From NCBI GenBank assembly GCA_973895155.1, contig OZ316891.1, positions 21,566,513 to 21,630,512 on the forward strand: 64,000 bases of DNA, read 5' to 3'. A model generated the notes under the pieces. The model did no database searches and had not been told where the DNA came from. It worked only from the letters and a program-made list of their open reading frames with translations. Of this stretch, positions 24,592 through 36,674 are shown in pieces. The first letter of the stretch is position 1. Each line of letters opens with the position of its first letter. The position numbers and the translations under genes are program-made. The DNA is from Marsupella aquatica (lineage: Eukaryota; Plantae; Marchantiophyta).

Positions 24592-25524
24592 CTTTCAATG
24601 CCACTCAAATTTTGAGAAAACACCCACTACAGATGGAAGCGGTCACCTTGGCTTTTCCCAAGGGGCATGCCTCTTGCACCTTGTGTCGAGGGATTCGAAC
24701 AGGTATGTCCATTCAACTCTTGGGAATCCAAAGTGTCTGGAAACCCATTTAATGCCTTGGAGATCTTCTCCTGACCCCTCTTCATATCCTTCTTTGGCTA
24801 GGTTTACCGCAGCACTTCCTATCTCATCCTCCTATTGGGCCCCATTTCACCTTGAAGCATTGTACTAGCCAATTCCGAAATAGAAATTACAGTATATCTC
24901 TCCTGAGTAATCCTACCATTTAATCTCAGCATTACCAAATGCAAATTCAAACCTTCCCACCATATTATGGACAGCCAATGAACTCCCCTTCTACCCCTCA
25001 CACTTAACACCCATGTTTGCACATATTGATTATGCAAATTCCTAACTCGTAGGGAGCCTAATGATCTAATGGGTGGGGGCATTCTTCAAGAATCCTCCAC
25101 CCCTAAGGTTGGCTTACAGCCTAAGTATCTCAATAATTTTTAGCATTGGCTCTAACACTTATCCTAAACAAATTGATCTCTTCAATAAAAAGGGTAAAAC
25201 TCTTTCCAAACTTCGCCTATAATCCACTGATTATCTTAATCTCGATTCCTACACACAAAAATCTCTTTCTTCACATGGAAATCAAGCACCCTTGAGGCTA
25301 TCCTTTTTGGCCTTAATTTCCTTCCTTCTCCTTCTCCTATTAAGGAGGGCTTCCTCCCTCATCATCTCCCGGAAAGCTTCCGGGGCATTTGCTAGGGTGA
25401 AGGGTCGAACCTCCAGCACCTGAATTGGCCATTATCCTGAATCTTCCATTAAGTAACTCCTTCTGACCAATTCAACCTCCTCGGTTGGCATTCACTGCCT
25501 TGATATCAATCCATTCCATACTGT

Positions 25525-25542
25525 TCCCCGGCAGCGGCGCCA
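25525..25542 (-). promoter_or_regulatory. Primer binding site (tRNA-Asp type)
   Basis: Minus strand TGGCGCCGCTGCCGGGGA, 9 nt inside the LTR end; one mismatch from the Athila-type PBS TGGCGCCGTTGCCGGGGA. Confidence 0.9.
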
Positions 25543-25551
25543 AAAATCATA

Positions 25552-27295
25552 TGTCGTATAGCCAGAAGAACAAAAAGGAACACTTTTTACATAAAGACTC
25601 GGAATTCGATCCCTTTAAGAACAGATTTGGAAAGAATTGAATGAATTTATCTCTCTGAGTAATCTAAAGCTCTCAGCACATAGATTTCTTGTTTCTCACT
25701 AAAAGATCAAATAAACAAAACACCAAAGTAAATAAACTTCTGTCTTATGAGTCAAGAGAGAGTCAATTATGGTCTGAAAACTCTGATTAGCTATTGCCAC
25801 TCCTTCAAAAAGGACTATGGTCTTAGAATAGACATAAAACAAATCTCATAACTCACTAATTTCTCTTCTGACTAAATAAAATTGCATGATAATGAATTTC
25901 CAATTTGCTAAACAAGTACTGCTCTGGTTACAAATGTAATGATATGACTTAAGATGCCGGCAACATGGTTTGACATCAGTGATACGCAATTCCGTCAAAC
26001 ACTAAATCATATTCCATAAACAAAGTAACGGTACTGAATACTCTAAGAATCAAACTTTACTTCTCACATATCAAACAACAACTCTTGAATTAGCTAGCGA
26101 ATCTTGACCCTTCAAGCAAGCCTAGCAGTGAATTCAATGTAAGTCACAGAAGTTTGTAACTGAATTCAAGTATCAAGAAATTTCTTGAATTCATAAATTC
26201 AAACATAAGTTTTACTTCCATACAAGACTTCTCTTGTTAAAATGGAAGGAGGGAAACTAACAGAAGTCTGATTGGAATTGTCCCCCCTTCCTTCCGAATG
26301 GAAAAACCATGAGGTTTTATAAGTAAAGGTTCCCTTAACTGAAAAGGCATGACTTTTCAAACCTCAAATATCTAAAAGACAATCCTAAAAGAAATAAAGA
26401 AATGCATTGGAGACTTAGTGGACGCTTTGTAGAGCGTCGGTGCTTTCCGGTAAAACTAATAAACAGTGGTGTTAATCTAATTTTAACTTCTAAACTAAAA
26501 GTCGGAATGAGCTGAGACTTTTCTAGAGTACTCTACTACATATAATCTCTATGCTGACAAAGTTTCAGACTTTTCTGAGATCTCTAAGTGCCTCAAATAA
26601 ATCGGTAAAAGTGGCACGGTGTTATAAAAGTGCGAAAACTGAAACTTTTTCTAAGTGTTGGGAACATAGTGGACGCTTCAGAAAGCGTCCAAAACTACAA
26701 AGGACTTTTATGGACGCTTCAGAAAGCGTCGGCTGAATTTTGAGGTTTTGGTCGCGGCGTCCGTCTTCCGGCCTTCAGGTGGGACGCTTCAGAAAGCGGC
26801 GAAGTCTGGCTTGGCGGACGCTTCAGAAAGCGTCGATTCTGCTTTGTCTTCGAACACGGCCGAACAGTCGAGGCGTCACTTCTCATGTGGACGCTTCAGA
26901 AAGCGTCTCATCGGACTTTGGGGTTAGCGGACGCTTCAGAAAGCGTCTTAAAGCGTCCGGTGTCTGGTTCGAATAGACGTTTCACGAAGCGTCTTCTGTT
27001 CCGTGGTATCGGTGAAGGACGGCTCAAAAAGCGTCGTGGTTAAGGGGGTCGCATCTGGTTGGCAGCACACATGGACGCCTCTGCTGTCTTGAGGTTTATT
27101 GGCTTTGTAACTGGGGACGCTTCAGAAAGCGTCCTTAGTTAGACTGAAGTGAGTTAACCGCCAAATTGAAAGTAGACGCTTCAGAAAGCGTCGTTTTTGC
27201 TCAAAAAGTTTGAAACAATTCAGATTTTTCTCTTATGGTCGTGTTTCAGCAAAAGTCTCCTTTCCACAGCTCCTGCTTAGCCAATTGTTGTAACA
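25552..27295 (-). repeat. 5' LTR (~1.74 kb) of the Athila-like element
   Basis: Minus strand TGTTACAAC..ATACGACA, followed by the PBS. Candidate TATAAAA at ~26315-26321. Helitron coding sequence resumes right after 27295. Confidence 0.8.
26420..27192. repeat. Array of palindromic GGACGCTTCAGAAAGCGTC motifs in the LTR
   Basis: Copies at ~26420, 26671, 26712, 26782, 26816, 26889, 26929, 26975, 27017, 27115 and 27174, with unrelated spacers; two more at ~17989 and ~18045. Confidence 0.92.
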
Positions 27296-28760
27296 AATCC
27301 TCATGGCAATAAGACATCTCCTCCCGAATAAGTTGATTCATGTTCGCCAGAGCTTCACAAAATTTCTCTAAAGGGAGGGGCAATCCAAATTTGCCCAACA
27401 TCTTCCCTTGGGTGTGCAATGTCTATCCAATCAAATACAGGACAAAGCTCCTTTGCGATTCTTCTGAGGGTCCAAGAATACCCATGTTGAGGAGGCAATG
27501 AGAACAATCATCGCCCAACCTTGAAGCGTGACTGTCCAAGGATCTCAGGGTTGTGTTGGACCTCCAAAGATGAGGATGACGTGATGAACAACCATCAAAG
27601 CTATGAGCTGGTTTGCATCATTCAGGCCCACCTCACTAAGACACCTATCCCACTCAACATCATCTTGTACAATCCACATGCGAGGGCGGCTTCTTTGAAC
27701 GTTAGATGAACCACATTCTCAAAAGTACAAAGATCTTCAAAACTCTTAGCCCCAATGACAACAATCAAGAGGACTTGCAGATAATATCTCTCCCTGCAGA
27801 TGGTGCCACAAAGTATATTCTCTCGTATATTCTCCCATTGTTGAACCCTTGTTGATGTGGACTCCATTTGCGTACCTCCTTGTTCCACGTCCATTCTTGA
27901 GGGAAAATTGTATACGTGACATGGCATGTTGATTCAAACATTGCGTTTATAATCTTGAACCCTCCTGTCAAAGTGGTGTCCATGTTTGATTCTCTTTCAT
28001 CCATGTCTAAATTATCAGCATCTTTGTTGTCTGAACATTACTTCATGCTCCCTAACTTTTACAATGCACTTGGAGACGCTAGACAGAAGTACTACTCTGC
28101 CATTTTAAATTGCAATATTTGTCACATCCCTTCCTTTGCATATACATAGCGTGCATCAAGATGTGTTTTGATTTCATCCTGCAACTCTCCAACTTCCACC
28201 GATGCCTGATTATGCCCCTTGTATACATACTTGTATAAGTACTTAATCACCTTAATGGAACAACAAAATCTCAACATTAATGTGAGCATTGTATTCATGC
28301 TCAAGTATGGGCTATAGGGCACAACCCATCGATCTGTTGTCAAATCTAAATCCATTCTTGTCCTTGTTGAATGACTGCCCATTGTCTCACCGCCAATACA
28401 AAGGATAGTCTCCGTCCCCAAATTGTGTCTTTGAGGAGAATTCATGAGGATAACATTTAGTACACTTTCAATCTAGCTTCCATGCATGACAAGTTGGGAT
28501 AACCTATGCCACATCATGGACCATGGGTCGTGCACTTGGTTATAGTCTCATGAAGTCGAGTATATTTTACTATATTAGGGATCTCGACACACACCAACTG
28601 ATCCACCTTGTTAGGGGTGCGAATCTTATGCCATTCTGCCAAAATGATCAACATCTGGGCATGAGGCAACCCATGCTATTGGAACTCTATGACATACAGA
28701 GAGCAATGGGCCTTCCTAAGACCCCTTGGTGAACCTCTACCAACAACGCCCTTAGCTTCA
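27296..28760 (-). pseudogene. Helitron Rep (HUH) region, decayed
   Basis: VIEFQ*HGLPHAQMLI (EFQxRGxPHxH motif), RWVVPYSPYLS, CCSIKVIKYLYKYVYKGH, RIYFVAPSAG, GAKSFEDL..TFKEAALACGL, NQLIREEMSY. Confidence 0.9.
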
Positions 28761-30484
28761 GTTTGAAGCATCATGCCACAATTTCATGTCGGGACGGATG
28801 ACAAAATGGTAGTATTGGTTTATGTTCTGGAAAACTTGGGCTGGAGTGGGCAGCAGCATCATGGACTGGGACGGGCAGTGTACAAGGCAATGGGGAGAGC
28901 ATTAACTCGGCATAAATTTAACACGCGGTGTTGGAAGCTAAAGATAATTCCTCTGTTGCAATGTAAGGAATAATCTATACTGTTCAGTGTTGGGTTAGTG
29001 AACCTCACCAGATGTTCAATTTCTGCTATGATTAGTCTATAGTTGCACTAATCATCATCCCTGACACTAGCAAAGGCATGTCCCACTCTCACATAAAGTA
29101 ATGCATGGCATTTGTCTGTTTCATCCAGTTATATTCCTTGCTTGAAAGAGCTATCAAAAATTCTGCTGAGCATCACCCAATTATTGATCTATCTTCCATA
29201 TTATGCCCGCTTTTGGTAGTGTGGCCCACATAAAGTCATTGGTAGTAATCCTTCCTAAAGTGTAGACCAGATCATTGCTCTTTTTCACCTTGTGATTTAT
29301 CAGGCGCACTGGTATGCCTGGCCAACTCTCACAAAACATTGTACATGGCATTCGTCTCTTTCATCCAGTTTTATTCCTTGCTTGGTCCACCTCCAGAGTT
29401 CAGTTGGTCTACTGTAAAGACTCCCCTATTCCAAATCAATTTGGCTGTTTACTGCTTTCAGATTTCTTTTAAGAAAGCTTTTAACTTACCTAGATTTCAA
29501 GAGAGTCTAATTCTTCTCTCAACAAACGCCTTCCATCAATATTTCTTCACGTAGAATTTGTTGAGCACGTTGGATGGTTTTGCTTACTGCTAAGAAACAT
29601 TGCGGGATCTGTCTAGGGAGAAAAGTTTTTCTGATGACAACCATTCATCCTTTACAAGAAAATTATGAAGTCTTTCCTCTCCTGGCAATAGATTTCTTAT
29701 ACACATGCTTTGTCCAGTAGTGGAACAATATAATTCAATACTACAATGGAGAGCTCAGGGAAGGCTCTAGAGAGTAATATAGTGTTCCAACTAGCTATGT
29801 TGGTTGGGCTTCAACTTGAGTTGCATTCTACTACTTGAGTCTACGCAGATTTTTGTCCATTGTCAACACTAACAGTTTTCATTTATGTCCTTATCTTTTC
29901 ACTGCAGCATCACAACTCATGATACAGTTTTGTTTTGTTCTTTTCATATCATTTTAACTTTTGTCCACTATCCGAACATAGTCAATTTAAAGAGGGAGTA
30001 ATATTAAAACCTCTTAGGCCCTTAAGTATATTAGGTTTAATATGCTATCACAGCATTAATATGGCTAAAATGTTAGGCATTTTCGCATGTGTAGGCTTAA
30101 AATGTAACAATAGTTCCATCAAGTACTTGATTAAGGTTAGATGTGTCATTGTTATATTCAGTAGCAATACTTAGCTTGTGAATGGAACCAAGGCTCATTG
30201 CTACAAATCCATCTAAGAAAAACATAGAGCTTAGTCTATGAAAACTTGGTGTGTAATGGGTTTAGAGTTCAATAAAACTTTCTTGTGTGTTGGATGGATG
30301 TAAACTGTGGTGAAATGAATCACACATCTCTTGTGTGTTTGTGAGTTGTTGTACATGTGCATGTTAGCTTTGAGTAACATTTGTTTTCTCAACAACATGT
30401 AGCACCTCAAAACTCAAGCTCTTGCTCTTATTTTTTGGAGCATCACAACAGCTTACTATGTACATCATTTATTGAGTTAACTTT

Positions 30485-32073
30485 TAATTAGTTCGTGGAC
30501 CCCCACCTGTTTTGATTGAGATTGAACAGTAGATAATTATTGATATAGATAAATGTGTTATACAGTATTGAGATTGAAAAGTAGGGAGATATGTATTGGA
30601 CAATGGGTGATGTAGAAAAATTGTGTTATGCAATGTGTGACGGTGAAGATATCTTTATTGGGACTACTCAATTTTTTTGCATGATACATCATAGTGTTCT
30701 GAAAAATAAAATTCTGTACGACATGGAAACAACTATCATTTTTTTCCCACTGAATCACATGGCATTGAATTTCCGCTTGGATGTAGTGGCTTGAGTGGGT
30801 TCTTCCGTTGTTGTTTGGGCAGGGACATCCGATAGCAGGCCCTGGTCGCTGCTCCTCCTCAGTCTGTCGATCAGGGACTGAGATTGCTGATGTGTCAGCC
30901 CTACCAGCATATCAAGTGACATCTTAAAACCATGTCTCAATCTGGTCAGTTGCTCTAGATGAGCTCCCTTTGTGACTTGGATCGTGTACTGTCCTTATGA
31001 ATTGTTCGTGATTCTTCCTTGGTTTAGTGATTGGTTTCTCCTTCAAACTAATTCCTGAATTCCTTCTTCTTTCTGCTCGATCAGCATATAGTCTCTTCGA
31101 TTCCTTTCGGTGATTTTCGTTGTTCCCTTTTGCCTCGGTTCTTACTGGCTTGCTCTTTGGAGTCTCCGGGAGTTGGCGCTCATTCAATTCACGAGTGACA
31201 ATATTCTCAATTCTCCATCAGTTTCCACAATGTGATTGATCGTTTTCAATTTTCTCATTCTGTTTTGGTGTTGTCCTTATGTTATTCCTTTGTGAATTTG
31301 GACTGTTTCGAGAAGCACGAGCACATCATTTCTGATGCAGAGGAAGTTGACAGAAGTTTCTCTAATTCCATTCCCTACTGTTCATGTACTGGTGTGAACC
31401 AACCATGTTACAAGTGGGGTAATGGAGGATGGTAGTCCTCTTGCTGCACCATTATGATCTCCATGTACCCCCTTCCAATGAATCCGAAGAAGCGAAGTTC
31501 AAGGCTGGTTGGACGCAAAATGAGCGTTGGTGCCTTTGTTTATAGCTCATATCTTTGTAAGTGGAACGTAGTCACGTAGACGAGGCCCTTATTGGACCCT
31601 GCTAAGCTTGCTTCTCTTTCATTTTCTCGTGCCTCATGCGTTGGACAATCTAACAGTAGCGAGAGACATCACCGAGTTAGGAACTGCAATGATGACGCCA
31701 TGGAAAGGAGCTCTGAGTGATCCAACATAGAATCATGTCCACTTCTTCCTTCGTGGCAACAGAAGGTCGAGAAAATTGTCACGATTACTTTGTCATCAGA
31801 TCAAATTGCCGAGAGAGATTTAGTTATTATTCAATTGAAACACAATTCAGAATGCGGGTGGGCAGCGGTTACTCAGGATAAAAAAATGGAAGGTGGGCCT
31901 CCTAATAATTGAACAGTTTGTTACCTAGGCTAAATAAAATAACTTTTTTTCAAATATTTTCCTCATTTTACCAAAATCATGCCACAGACATGAATGTTGA
32001 AGCAATTTTATTTTGTAAACCAATCCGTACCTGTCTCAAATTTTGGAAGGGACCTCTAGTGGGGTCCTAATTA
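30485..32073. mobile_element. Probable TIR element (~1.6 kb) with gene-like interior; right part duplicated at 1-525
   Basis: Left TAATTAGTTCGTGGACCCCCAC and right GTGGGGTCCTAATTAG are loosely inverted and share the GGACCCC core with the 1885-3368 element. Confidence 0.5.
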
Positions 32074-34239
32074 GTTTCTTTCCCAGATTAACTCAAGTTC
32101 TACATAAGCCCAACCTGGCATTTTGGAAACAAACTGGGCTCAAAGCCCTCACTCAAGGGGCATTATATCACAAAACCTATCGTGGAGAAATTACTTCACT
32201 TCATGCTTTCACTCGTTGTAATTCTCAGGATATTTTAAGAGAAGAACATTGAAGATACTCGTCACCTAGTTTTAGTCACCTAGTTTTACTACAACTAGTA
32301 AAAGCAAAATTTAGGGTTAAAAACTAGTAAGCATTATGGACAATAATAGCAACTCAAAATTCAAACTGAAGCTTGCATGCCCTGTCTAATTACTGTATAC
32401 ATCATCTTGGGCTGAAGCACTCAATCCAGAGGCATTATATCACAAAATTCACTCATATCAAGGGGCGTTATATCCCTCACTTCACTATAACCAGAGCAGC
32501 CATTAATCGAGGGCCTTATATCACATTGCTATGCGGAGCATCTCTGTTTCAGTTTTCCTAGTCCATTTTTATCTGGTTATTATTTTAATTTTAATTTCAC
32601 CTATGAGGGTTGTCTTTTTTGTTATTCCATCAGTTTTTAATTTATCTGAGACCCCCCCTAATATGTTATTTGTTATTCCAAAATTCTTCCTTTTCCTATT
32701 TTGCTCTTGTCCTTATTTCCACAGTTTTTATTTTTCTCTTGAAAATACTCGACATAAAATCATTCTTGCTTGCCAGGCTCGAACCCCTACCCACCCCATC
32801 CAGAAGGCCACCACCATTGAGCTATGCTATTATGCTGCCATCAAATTTCTGACATGATATTTATTACTTAATGCTTTTATAAATTCTATGGCCTGTACCA
32901 CGCAGGCTGTCCAAGATTGCTTAGCTCTCGTTCTTCACAATAACTTTACAATAAATTATTTTCTGTATTTCATTCAAGCGATACTTTAATAAATCAAATA
33001 CCACATGAGAATATTATTTTTACATAAATTTCAATAAATTAAGATAACAAAGTGTTAGAATTAGAACTGTTTAGCTATATCACAAAATTCTCTCTAACTA
33101 TGATGTTATTCGATACAAAAACACCTATACCGTGAATTCTTCGTTTCAATGGTGTACATTTGAAATTCTGAGCTCAATTACAATGTACAGCACATAGACC
33201 AAAATACAATAACCAAAACTGAACTTGACATAGAACTCGTGTTAAGAGGTTACTCGTGGGAATCTTTGTTTCAATGGTGTGAGTTCTGAATTTTGTTGGG
33301 CTCAATCAAATGTACAGAACATGAAGTAAAACAAGTTACAACAGAAACCTGAGCTTAAAATGAAAGCCGTATTAAGAGGAAAGGCGTTGTGCTGAAAATA
33401 GCCAATATGGGACGGAGAGAAGCAATGCAAAGAGATGTAATCCAATGGTTTCAATAATTACGGATCTCTCCCTAGGCTTCCGTTTTTATAAGAGAACATT
33501 GATATTGATTTTACAAGCATAAAGGGCTGCTGACAAATGGACCCAAGAAGGAGCTTCAGGTTAAATGAACTCACAATTTTATTTGACCATGTACATCTAT
33601 CTGATAAAGACCTATTGAAAGCCAAGATAACGCCTGAGGACTCAGGGGGCATACTTGAGGTTGGGGGTAAAATTGGAAACAGTCGCAGTGGCACTCCCCA
33701 TCTGTTTATGAGCAAAGCTTGGGCATTCAGGCTAGAACATAAAAACTCAACTCTGCACATTCGATCAACAGACAAGAGTCCCTAAAGGATATCTTGTGAA
33801 GGAATGCTTTCTAAGAAAAAGCAAAAAGAAAAACTCAGGCGAACACCCTCCTCCAACCTATCACCCTCCTCCAACCTATCACCTCTTATATAGAGACTCA
33901 GAATTTGGATTGTCATTCAGCGGTAGGATCTCCAGTTGAGGCTGAAGCCAAAGTTTGGGATCACTTTCTATACAAATCCTAAAGTGATCTATCATTTCCC
34001 CGGATGACGCTATCTGAGAACAATTTTCAACAGTCAGAGGAATGAGGATAATTGCTACTGGATGACAGGTATTCGTGGGCAATAGTTCAGAAGCACTGCT
34101 CTCCAGTTAAAGATCAGCGAAGGCTCCACGCTGCAATACATCTTGACGATGATTTTTCCGAGCATGCTGATACAGGATTTGGCACTAATGTTTGTCCTTC
34201 CCATGGGGTATTGATACCTTTCAAAGGCCAGGGTATCAA

Positions 34240-36674
34240 TCAAGCTCCTGCAGCCAGGAGTGCTTGAAGATCCCTTCTCTTCTTGTCAAGATCCTGCACA
34301 CATTGAATACATTAAGAACAGCATAAAATTGCTACACTGAAAAAAGGGACGAGAGCTGCAACATTTAAATGTCGGCAACCTCTAGAAGTTGACTGCTTAG
34401 ACAAAGAACGTTGAACGCTTTATCACCTCGAGGTCTTTGACAGCTTGCTCTCGCCACTGTTTCTTCTGTATGCGCCTGCGCTTGAGTTTCCTCATGCAAA
34501 AGAGTCCCTAATCCAAATGCCAAATATTGGAAACGATTAATATCAAACAGTCAGCGTCTCTTGGAACCAAGGATTCGCTAAATATCCATGCCCACGTTGA
34601 AGGACGTTGCCTGAAGTCAGAATTCGCAGTGCAGCAAACTGTGACCAAAATCCAAAATAACTGTAATAACAGGTAATGAACTTTCCCGATTTAATCTAAA
34701 GTCTGCGAGGTGTAGGAGTTCACCGCAAGAGAGTAGATGATACCACAGCCGAGTAGCATAAAGGCGGCAACGTTATGCATTACGACCTCAAATCGAACTT
34801 CCCAGCTGGCACCTGATAGTGCCTTGGTCAAGACTGCAACACTGATAACACAAAGTACTCCTTCAGAATGACAAGCAAGTCAATAGTTACGAGTTAAACC
34901 CTGCTATGAAGCAAAAATACCCAATGATAATATCAGTTTCGATAACTAAGCAGAGGCAAGAATTAAAAAAGGTGATTACTAAAGAGTAAAACTTTGTTAC
35001 AACAACATTGGCCCACACGAAGTCCAAAGCATCCCAGAACTGAAGATTAAAGGAAAAAATACTAAGTAGCTGATAAAATGGAGTGTCCTACAAAGGGAAC
35101 AGAACTTACAAGATTTGAAGCATCCCTCGGCCAAACCAGTACTCCAAATACTGCATCCACGAAATGAAGATATCACCACTTTGTTCAAAAAGTACATCCA
35201 GTGCAGAGAACGATGACTCACGTGAGCAGTAGCAGGTACCTATTAAACGTTCCACAAGAATGTTGCAACGAATGATTTTCATGTGCAGTAAGTGATACAT
35301 GGATGGGGTGCACACTTACCGGCCAGTGGCGGAAGAGCCATTCCCATTCCGTCTCTGCGATAGCAATAAAGCCAGCAAAAATAACTGTGTAGACTCGTAG
35401 GACGGCCACGAAAATCTGTCACAAAATTCCGCGACACTTATCATTCAGTTACGTGTGTCAAGCCATATCTCAGAGCAATGCATCACTAGGGCTTGCAAAT
35501 TCCAAACTCCCTTCCTCTCGCCTGCTAGAATCCGTAGTTTTAGGTTAGGTTCCCTGGTCTCGCCCATGATCAGAGCTAGGTGCCTCCGTGGTGGTCCTGG
35601 GATGGCACTCATGTCATCCATTTAAATGAATGAAGTAATTGCCTTAATCCCTGCCTTCTGCTCAGATAAAGTTTTTTTTATCCTTTCTCCCATACATGCT
35701 TAAACAAACGAAGACTTTGTTTCCCTGCCCAATGACAGGTTGATGGTTTGGGTGAATGAATGCTTCCTGTAATATCTAAGGTAACAATAGGAAGAACATG
35801 GTTTAGCTTCCCGCTAGAATCTCGTCTATTTTCATCGCTGACTTAGTCCCATCCGTTCGGGGGTTGAAAGCAGGTTTTACAGGATAAGAGGGTTCAGTAA
35901 GTTCCCAGCCTCCATAAAGTTAATTCTGTCTCAATTCAGCGTCCTCTGTTTCCCCTCTTGCTGATCGCTTAGCCCCATTATATGGGAGAGAAGTCTAGAC
36001 GAGTGGGAAGAAAGTAACTAAAGCATTTTCAAGGGGGAGCTTTTACACCTTCTTGCGTATGACAGCAGTTACTTACGACAGTGTACAATGAGTGCTTCCA
36101 AGCTTTTAAGACCTCTGTCTTGAACCTTACTTTCAGGCAGTAGATTGTCGCTATGAGCTAGTTAGTTTCAGTTCCGAGGGATGCTCAGTCTGTTCGAAAA
36201 CAGAGAACATAACGCAACCCAATGCGCTATCTAGTAGTCGTGAGACCCCTCTTTTACCCGGTTCAGCACATCGGAGAAAGTTCAATCCGTTCATTGACAA
36301 AAAGTCCATGACTTGAGGGTTTTTTGTGGTGCTAGAACGAATGCATGTCCGGACGAAGAGGAATAAACTAACGGAGCAGAGAGGAAGAGGAAGAGGGAGA
36401 GAGAGACGAAGATACGCACCTTCACCTGCCATCTGAAGGAGCGCAAGAGCGAAACCAAGTTGACGACCAAGCACAGAATGGCGGCAATAGCCGTGAGGAT
36501 TGTCAGGGACCTGAACATGATCAGGGCCAAGTCCATATCTGCGTCCCGTTCCCTGTCGTCAGGATCTCGCACCTGCTGGTACTCCCCCCGGTTGTGCACA
36601 TCCACCGCTCTGTGGTCCGGTGGTGGTGCCTCATGGTGCTGCGGATCTGAATTCTCCCCTTTAGCTCCCGCCAT
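34240..36674 (-). CDS. COPI-associated / Golgi apparatus membrane protein TVP15-like, 6 exons, ~214 aa
   Basis: GT-AG exons 36674-36420, 35415-35320, 35150-35110, 34841-34724, 34507-34427 and 34293-34240 total 645 nt in frame. Motifs LRVYTVIFAGFIAIAETEW, YLEYWFGRGMLQIFVAV, LLGCGIIY, and a C-terminal basic coiled coil. Confidence 0.88.

Larger units (their letters stand above)
17986..27295 (-). mobile_element. Ty3/gypsy LTR retrotransposon (Athila-like/non-chromovirus), 3'-truncated
   Basis: 5' LTR, tRNA-Asp-type PBS, then gag-PR-RT-RH-IN. No 3' LTR or PPT: Helitron helicase sequence resumes ~180 bp after the integrase stop. Confidence 0.93.
15977..28760 (-). mobile_element. Decayed autonomous-type Helitron (Rep-PIF1 helicase) split by a gypsy insertion; 5' end not located
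   Basis: 3' end GCAACGCCCGGGTATTGAGCTAG|T at 15977. Rep and helicase fragments lie in the correct order on either side of the LTR element. Confidence 0.9.

Noticed and set aside
26420-27192. CRISPR-like appearance of palindromic repeats with unique spacers
   Set aside because: The repeat is only ~19 bp, spacing is very irregular, there are no cas genes, and it lies inside a plant LTR.
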